Shown one piece after another: positions 58,681 through 64,000 of a DNA stretch of 64,000 bases. A model generated the notes under the pieces. The model made no database searches. It saw only the letters and a list, made by a program, of their open reading frames with translations, and had not been told where the DNA came from. Each line of letters begins with the position of its first letter. Within the stretch, counting starts at the first letter, position 1. A program made the translations under genes and the position numbers. The DNA lies in assembly GCA_964384105.1 (NCBI GenBank), contig CAYLJV010000002.1, positions 192,834 to 256,833 on the forward strand, read 5' to 3'. This DNA comes from Candidatus Hadarchaeota archaeon. GTDB taxonomy: Archaea > Hadarchaeota > Hadarchaeia > Hadarchaeales > JAGGTB01.

Positions 58681-58768
58681 TGTTAACCCCTATATAGCCT
58701 AAACTTCTAAAATTTTGGAAATTCCTCTTTGAATAGATTCTATTGGTTATCCGTAGTATGAAAGTTTA

Positions 58769-59338
58769 CTACAGCCTTGTAAAAAGCAATGCGGCTATAA
58801 GGCCAAAAAGAAGTGAGGCAGCAACTATTATCAGAAGATTTGTAATTGGTTCTGACCCAAATCCAGGTCTCACCGGCTTATTTCTCAGACGGTACAAAGC
58901 ATAGACCGAACGTTGGCTTCCCAGTTGACCAGCCCAGAGACAGAGAGGCAAATTCACAGAAAGAACAATAAGAACTATCAAAACTGTCGCCACTTCAGAC
59001 ATATTGATGCTCGATATTGACCACCCACCAATAGTGCCTTCCACATATCCTATCAAAAGACCGTCATGCATCCCCCTCGCAAACATGAATATGGCCCCGC
59101 CTGCACCGAAAAGAATATGGGAAAAGATAAAAACAGAAACCGTTGATAGAGTGAAATAGGCTATTATCTCCCACCAAGCACCGAAATTCAAAGGATTAAA
59201 AATACTAACAGCAGCACCAATCTCAAAAATCAAATCATAGCGGCCTATCCATCTATAGAAAAGAACTCCGAAAACCCAACTACCTACTATTAAGAGCCAC
59301 AAAAATGATTTTAGTCTCTTAGACTGCAAGAAGTACAC
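58769..59338 (-). CDS. Polytopic membrane protein (SpoIIM/DUF95-like?)
   Basis: Four to five predicted TM helices, Gly-rich loops; family call is tentative. Confidence 0.4.
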   Translation of the reverse strand: MYFLQSKRLKSFLWLLIVGSWVFGVLFYRWIGRYDLIFEIGAAVSIFNPLNFGAWWEIIAYFTLSTVSVFIFSHILFGAGGAIFMFARGMHDGLLIGYVEGTIGGWSISSINMSEVATVLIVLIVLSVNLPLCLWAGQLGSQRSVYALYRLRNKPVRPGFGSEPITNLLIIVAASLLFGLIAALLFTRL

Positions 59339-59352
59339 CGAGAAAGAAAACC

Positions 59353-59607
59353 CTAAGGTCTACGCTCTTTATTATATCTTCGCTTAGCATCATCTATAGT
59401 TTTCTTAAGATAACTATGATCTGTGGAGACTGATTCTTCACTATCTCTTGAAGAATCGACCTTCTTTTTATTCCTAGACTTGGTCGGGTTTCTAGATCTA
59501 GATCCCTTCTCCAACTTTTCTAGACGCCTTTCTATTTTTTTGACACGATTAGAAATTTTCTTTATTTTATTTTCCAAAACCTTCAATCCCTTGCTATCAT
59601 TCATCAA
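59353..59607 (-). CDS. Small basic coiled-coil protein (84 aa)
   Basis: Lys/Arg-rich helical ORF in operon context. Confidence 0.3.
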   Translation of the reverse strand: MMNDSKGLKVLENKIKKISNRVKKIERRLEKLEKGSRSRNPTKSRNKKKVDSSRDSEESVSTDHSYLKKTIDDAKRRYNKERRP

Positions 59608-59637
59608 ATCCCACCCGTTCAGGGTCTAAGAAATTTA

Positions 59638-60258
59638 CTAATAAGTCTTTCCTTCTTGACCGGAAAGTTTTTCTTCCACGACTTCGCCCTCCGGATTTTT
59701 CTCTTTAAATATCTGAGCAGAAAAACATTCCACCTCTACATCCTCTCTTAACCAACTATCCGGGGATAAACCCGCTTTGACGCACGTTTGAGAAAGTAAC
59801 TCTTCCTCGTCCCAATCTTGCTCCATAGGAACTTGGGGTAATAAAAGACCTCTACTCCCCATACAGCTGACTATCAAACCATCTTTTCCTATCTCGATTT
59901 TATCCAGATATTCAGAGGAGTCATCGACATCAATCGTCTCAGGTACAGTTAAAACACTTACTTCTATAGAAATATCCTTTAACTCGTTCTTCCTCACTGA
60001 AGGGAACCTAGGATCTCGAGTAGATGCATCGATCGCAGAGTCTATGACCGCCTCAACAAGTGGTTTTGTAGGTAGAGGCATACCTATACACCCCCTAAGC
60101 TGACTGTTTTTCTTCAAGGTTACAAATACTCCCCTTTCCTCTCTCATTACTTTACGCACATCTGCAGGCGGACTGAGCTTTTCCCCGGTTTCCAAATAAT
60201 GTTCGATAGCCTTTCTCGCGAGCTTAACTATCTTTTTTCCTTCACTCAAATTCAACAA
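59638..60258 (-). CDS. AMMECR1-domain protein
   Basis: Conserved LRGCIG motif region (LRGCIGMPLP). Confidence 0.7.
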   Translation of the reverse strand: MLNLSEGKKIVKLARKAIEHYLETGEKLSPPADVRKVMREERGVFVTLKKNSQLRGCIGMPLPTKPLVEAVIDSAIDASTRDPRFPSVRKNELKDISIEVSVLTVPETIDVDDSSEYLDKIEIGKDGLIVSCMGSRGLLLPQVPMEQDWDEEELLSQTCVKAGLSPDSWLREDVEVECFSAQIFKEKNPEGEVVEEKLSGQEGKTY

Positions 60259-60754
60259 GATTTATTTCCCCCAAATTTTTGCACTTTTTTATCGTCTCTA
60301 TTATCTTCTTCCAGTGGGTACCCGGCCAATAAATTTTATTACAATCATTGCATCTCCAAAACACTTCATTACTTTTGAGTACGCCCTCTGGAACCTCCCC
60401 AGAAACCGAGGGCTTCTGTATACGCTTCAACTCCCCATTACAGACAGGGCACCTGGAACTGTCTATATCAATGTCAAGCGACTCATCTAAAGATCTCGAG
60501 ATATCGGAAAATTGCCTAGGTATATCTCCCTCACCCTCTATCAAAACAGCTTTTAGCTTCCTTCTTAAAGCTCGCCTATAGAGGTCCACATCCCTAGTCA
60601 GAAGACACCTAGACTCCTTGTCAGCCATTTTAAGCAAAGCCTCATCCTCCTCTTCGAAATCAAAAGAGTAATCATTAATACAAATCACATCGTTCCCAAC
60701 AAGTCTAAGCCATCTGGTGAGCCTTCCGAGCATTCCGTCAGTAACAAATTTCAT
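60242..60754 (-). CDS. Mut7-C RNase-domain protein (COG1656-like) with C-terminal zinc ribbon
   Basis: N-terminus MKFVTDGMLGRLTRWLRLVG typical of Mut7-C/PF01927; CPVCNGEL...CNDCNK. Confidence 0.6.
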   Translation of the reverse strand: MKFVTDGMLGRLTRWLRLVGNDVICINDYSFDFEEEDEALLKMADKESRCLLTRDVDLYRRALRRKLKAVLIEGEGDIPRQFSDISRSLDESLDIDIDSSRCPVCNGELKRIQKPSVSGEVPEGVLKSNEVFWRCNDCNKIYWPGTHWKKIIETIKKCKNLGEINLVEFE

Positions 60755-60786
60755 TTTCCCATAGATGTTCTTTAGAGAGAACTATC

Positions 60787-61983
60787 TCAAATAATAGATA
60801 ATACCTTATCCACATTTTCTTTTCCAAAAATTTTCCTACATTCTTTATCCTTGAAAAATCCCTCCAGAGATTTTCCAAGGTTTCTAGCCAAAAATATGTC
60901 CAAAAAATTCTTTTGGAGGTTTGGATTTTCTATAAGAATCTCCAATAAGGAATCTATTTTCTTATCCGAAGACACACTCAATGAGTTCTGAAGTATCTTC
61001 CCTACCTCGATCTCTTTCTCAAACCTGCTTCTCCAAAAATCATCGTATCTCGAAAGTTTGCTCTCAGAAACATCCTTTTCCTCAAACCCCTCTCCCAATA
61101 CTCGCCCCGCCAATTTACCTGCCTCAAGGGCATATTTGATACCCTGTCCGGAAAAAGGATATATTTGGCCCGCAGAGCTTCCAACAGCAAGAACACTCCC
61201 CGAAACAGTAGACTCTAAAGGGACATCCATAGGAATCTGGCCTCTGTAAGCCCCGATAGGAACGCTCTTTCTAAGTGGATTCGGATCTTCTCTACCGAGA
61301 AACTCATCCAAAGCAGAATCGGGATGTATTCTAACGCCACGAATCCCTGCTGTTGCAAATCCTTCTTCTCCTGGATATATCCAAGCGCATCCCATTGGCG
61401 CAAGAATTGAATTATAGTAAATACTGACTTTTTCGTTGGTTGTAGTATTCGCCATTAAATATTCATTAACTTGATTGAGCTCCTGTTTATCCCAGTCTAA
61501 ACCCAAGATTTTCCTCAGAAAAAGACTAGACCAAGCCGCACTAGAACCACTAGCATCTATTACTGCCTCACTCTCTATATCCTCAGACCAATCGCCCGCC
61601 TCAGTCTTTACACCATTGATAGCACCATTTTTTCTTAAAAAATCCTTAACTGGTGAACCAACCCATATCTCCAACCCTTCTTTAACTGCCTCCTTGGCAA
61701 GAATTCTATCAAAAGCAGCTCTATCTATTATCTTCCCAAAATCTCCTTCCATATTCATCTCACGATGCATCGAATTTACCTCAACCGATTCTACAGAACA
61801 CTTCACAGCTTTGGAAAATCTTTTATCCAAAAAACCATTGGGGATCCAAGTCGAAGTTTTATCCTGCCCGATCTGAGCTTGAAGCTCAAGTAAAAGGACA
61901 TTCAATCCCCTCTTAGAAAGTTCTCGACCGGAAACAAGGCCAGCTGGTCCTCCTCCGACAACCACGACATCGTAATCAGACAT
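60787..61983 (-). CDS. Geranylgeranyl reductase family flavoprotein (digeranylgeranylglycerophospholipid reductase-like)
   Basis: YDVVVVGGGPAGL FAD motif, ~400 aa, archaeal GGR family pattern. Confidence 0.7.
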   Translation of the reverse strand: MSDYDVVVVGGGPAGLVSGRELSKRGLNVLLLELQAQIGQDKTSTWIPNGFLDKRFSKAVKCSVESVEVNSMHREMNMEGDFGKIIDRAAFDRILAKEAVKEGLEIWVGSPVKDFLRKNGAINGVKTEAGDWSEDIESEAVIDASGSSAAWSSLFLRKILGLDWDKQELNQVNEYLMANTTTNEKVSIYYNSILAPMGCAWIYPGEEGFATAGIRGVRIHPDSALDEFLGREDPNPLRKSVPIGAYRGQIPMDVPLESTVSGSVLAVGSSAGQIYPFSGQGIKYALEAGKLAGRVLGEGFEEKDVSESKLSRYDDFWRSRFEKEIEVGKILQNSLSVSSDKKIDSLLEILIENPNLQKNFLDIFLARNLGKSLEGFFKDKECRKIFGKENVDKVLSII

Positions 61984-62122
61984 ATAACCACAATTCATTT
62001 GGTCGAAATAGACTTATAAAATAAAAAAGCTTGTTTTTTCTTTATAAAACATCTTCCTTCTAAAATAAACCGGGAACTTAGATGAGCAGTTCCCTAACCG
62101 ATAAAACACGAGGAAAATTTAG

Positions 62123-63013
62123 ATGAAATGTCCTTCCTGTGGAAGCAATTCTACTATAAGAGACAATGCAAGGGGAAAGGAAGTCTGTACCCGCTGCGGT
62201 TTGATCCTCCTAGAAAAGAAAATGAGCAAAGAACCAGAATGGCATAATAAACCTGGAAAAAATCAAGGAAGAGCCGACCTTTCTTCGGGTTCAGATATAA
62301 ACTATCACGATCTTGGATTAGGGAGCGAAATAGGAGGATCGCGGGACCTGTCCCCCGCCTGGAGGGCAAAACTGAGAAGGCTCAGAAAATGGCATAAAAG
62401 ATCAAGAGCAGTAAATTACAGAGAAAAAAGCTTGAGGAAAGCTTTGATAAATCTCGATAAACTTTGCGAGGACCTATCTTTACCTAAATCAGTAAAGTCA
62501 GAAGTTAGCGCACTTTTCAGAAAAGCAAGAAAGAAAGAAGTCACCCCAGGAAGAAACACTTGGAGCGTTTTAGCTTCTCTTCTCTTTATAGTCTCTAGAA
62601 TGAGAAGAATTCCCCGAACTGAAAAAGAAGTAACCAAAGTAATGACAATAAGAACCGAACTAGAGAGAAGGGGAGCTTTGAAGGCCCTCAGAAGAATAAG
62701 AAAAGCCTTAGAAAAAGAATTGGACTTAGAAGTCCCGAGACCAAAACCGAAAGAATATATAAACAGATTCATCTCAAAACTAGAGCTTTCCAAAAAAACA
62801 AAAGCTGAATCTTACAGAGTTTGTAAGTCTCTTCCAAAAAAATTCAAATCTAGAAAAGCCTCTTTCTTAATAGCCTCGGCAGTAATCTATAATACTGCAA
62901 GAAAATTCGACGAAGACATTAAGATTAGGGAAGTAGCCGATGTGCTCGAAGTTGGAGTGTCGAGCGTCTCCAAGACAGGTAAGAAAATTAGAAATCTTCT
63001 AAATGAAACTTAG
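62123..63013 (+). CDS. tfb: Transcription initiation factor IIB (TFB)
   Basis: N-terminal Zn ribbon CPSCGS...CTRCG, two cyclin-fold repeats, 296 aa. Confidence 0.85.
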   Translation: MKCPSCGSNSTIRDNARGKEVCTRCGLILLEKKMSKEPEWHNKPGKNQGRADLSSGSDINYHDLGLGSEIGGSRDLSPAWRAKLRRLRKWHKRSRAVNYREKSLRKALINLDKLCEDLSLPKSVKSEVSALFRKARKKEVTPGRNTWSVLASLLFIVSRMRRIPRTEKEVTKVMTIRTELERRGALKALRRIRKALEKELDLEVPRPKPKEYINRFISKLELSKKTKAESYRVCKSLPKKFKSRKASFLIASAVIYNTARKFDEDIKIREVADVLEVGVSSVSKTGKKIRNLLNET

Positions 63014-63542
63014 GTATTACTATCTTCTCACCACTTTTACCAACTTTCTCGGTCTTACCCTCAAGATAAAGAAACCCAGTAAAAGCAGCTATCACGGAGT
63101 CAACTTCGTGTTCACTTAACTCTGAATCCAAAACAAAACCTAATTCTGATAATCCCGAAATCCACTCTTCCCTATCTTTGGAATTGAAGATAATCCTTCC
63201 TGAAGTCAGTGGATGAACCTCTATCACCTTAAAGCCTTTGTCAATCAAAGATTCAGAAATCCTTATTCCTCTCTTCGTAAGACTCTCCATCCCTCCGAAA
63301 TCGGGAGGAAAAACTCGATATCCTCTTTTCAAAAGCTCTAAATCAGATCCTCTGTAGCCACCAGAGGATGAAAAACTCAGAGGTGAGTCTATAGATATTA
63401 TATCTGGATTTTCCTTTATGGAAGCCTCTATTATTTCGTCGTCGGAATTAAGAAGACATGATCTAACTCTAGAATTTTTTAGACTTGAAAAACCTGTAGG
63501 ATTATCTTTTTTACCTGCGAGGTCTATTCCTATTGACTTCAT
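62988..63542 (-). CDS. Conserved hypothetical protein (possible RNase-H-fold/DUF429-like)
   Basis: IGIDLAG N-terminal motif; family assignment tentative. Confidence 0.3.
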   Translation of the reverse strand: MKSIGIDLAGKKDNPTGFSSLKNSRVRSCLLNSDDEIIEASIKENPDIISIDSPLSFSSSGGYRGSDLELLKRGYRVFPPDFGGMESLTKRGIRISESLIDKGFKVIEVHPLTSGRIIFNSKDREEWISGLSELGFVLDSELSEHEVDSVIAAFTGFLYLEGKTEKVGKSGEKIVIPKFHLEDF

Positions 63543-63593
63543 TTCCAAAAAATAATTAATCGACAAGATATGAAAGGCTTCTGTGGTGATGGG

Positions 63594-64000
63594 ATGGGAA
63601 GTATAAAATGGTTAAGCCACTCAGGATTCGAGATAAATTCAGACGATAAGAAACTTCTGATAGATCCATTTTTAAATGGTAATCCAAATTCTCCAGTCGA
63701 AGTAGAAGAGCTGAAAAACGTAGATATAGTCTGCGTCACCCACGACCACGAAGATCACGTAGGAGATGCCATAGAAATATGTAAGAAATACAGCGCGACA
63801 TTTGTGGGAATTTTTGAACTTAATGAATACGCAAAATCAAAAGGCGTTGAATCTACAATAGGGCTGAATATAGGTGGAACTATTGATCTAGAGGGAACAG
63901 AAATAACTCTAGTCAAAGCATTTCACTCCTCCGAAAGAAGCGCGCCCGGAGGTTACATAATCGAAACAAGTGAAACAAAGATCTACCATGCCGGGGATAC
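63594..64000 (+). CDS. UPF0173-family MBL-fold metal-dependent hydrolase (3' end beyond window)
   Basis: IKWLSHSGFEI...LIDPF...VCVTHDHEDHVGDA matches UPF0173 pattern. Confidence 0.65.
   Translation, partial: MGSIKWLSHSGFEINSDDKKLLIDPFLNGNPNSPVEVEELKNVDIVCVTHDHEDHVGDAIEICKKYSATFVGIFELNEYAKSKGVESTIGLNIGGTIDLEGTEITLVKAFHSSERSAPGGYIIETSETKIYHAGD

Noticed and set aside
59423-59629. 68-aa plus-strand ORF
   Set aside because: Antisense to the small basic protein gene; no support.
1-64000. CRISPR arrays, transposases/integrases, toxin-antitoxin pairs or known defence islands
   Set aside because: No direct-repeat arrays, no recombinase/transposase-like ORFs and no obvious defence gene architecture seen; the window reads as core chromosome.

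Overview
Archaeal chromosomal segment of about 38-40 % GC (GC content estimated by eye). The evidence for an archaeal origin is G1P-dehydrogenase-family, geranylgeranyl reductase, TFB, TiaS, PAC2, SepCysS, tungsten AOR, and strong GGAGGTGA Shine-Dalgarno leaders. The window is mostly densely packed core metabolism rather than an obvious mobile island, and I found no CRISPR array, transposase, integrase or rRNA. Recognisable blocks, in order: (1) a RAM-domain/P-loop kinase pair, a radical-SAM/SPASM enzyme, MetX-CBS, a nitrilase-superfamily hydrolase and SepCysS with tRNA-Cys nearby. (2) A DtxR-family repressor with an ABC-3 metal importer. (3) A thioredoxin/redox island: trxB, a small Zn-ribbon protein, two trx paralogues, an Lpd-like flavoprotein and an ArsR-type regulator. 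(4) SfsA, EngB and a G1P-dehydrogenase-like gene. (5) A Liv-type amino-acid ABC transporter split by a divergently oriented glycerate kinase. (6) Alanine dehydrogenase, a class-III aminotransferase, a 2-hydroxyacid dehydrogenase and tungsten AOR. (7) A complete arginine operon argGHCJBDF followed by argS and tiaS. (8) MoaE, acylphosphatase, an Lhr-type helicase, and a three-gene operon encoding a hinge-less 634-aa SMC-like ATPase with ScpA- and ScpB-like partners. (9) pcm plus an unannotated Trm112. (10) A cell-envelope cluster (flippase-like, GT4, epimerase, CPBP protease, secreted/anchored protein). (11) AMMECR1, Mut7-C, geranylgeranyl reductase, TFB and two MBL-fold hydrolases. Items I consider most worth follow-up: (a) an unannotated, translationally coupled 58-aa ORF directly upstream of SepCysS, possibly a split SepCysS N-terminal helper. 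(b) The short SMC-like/kleisin/ScpB-like operon. (c) A duplicated operator-like palindrome (ATTCGAAT-ATYTGAAT), each with a nearly identical start-codon context, in the two divergent promoter regions of the thioredoxin island next to the ArsR-type regulator. (d) An unannotated Trm112 zinc-ribbon gene. (e) Two envelope genes (flippase-like, CPBP) whose conserved N-terminal TM segments are encoded upstream of any canonical start codon.
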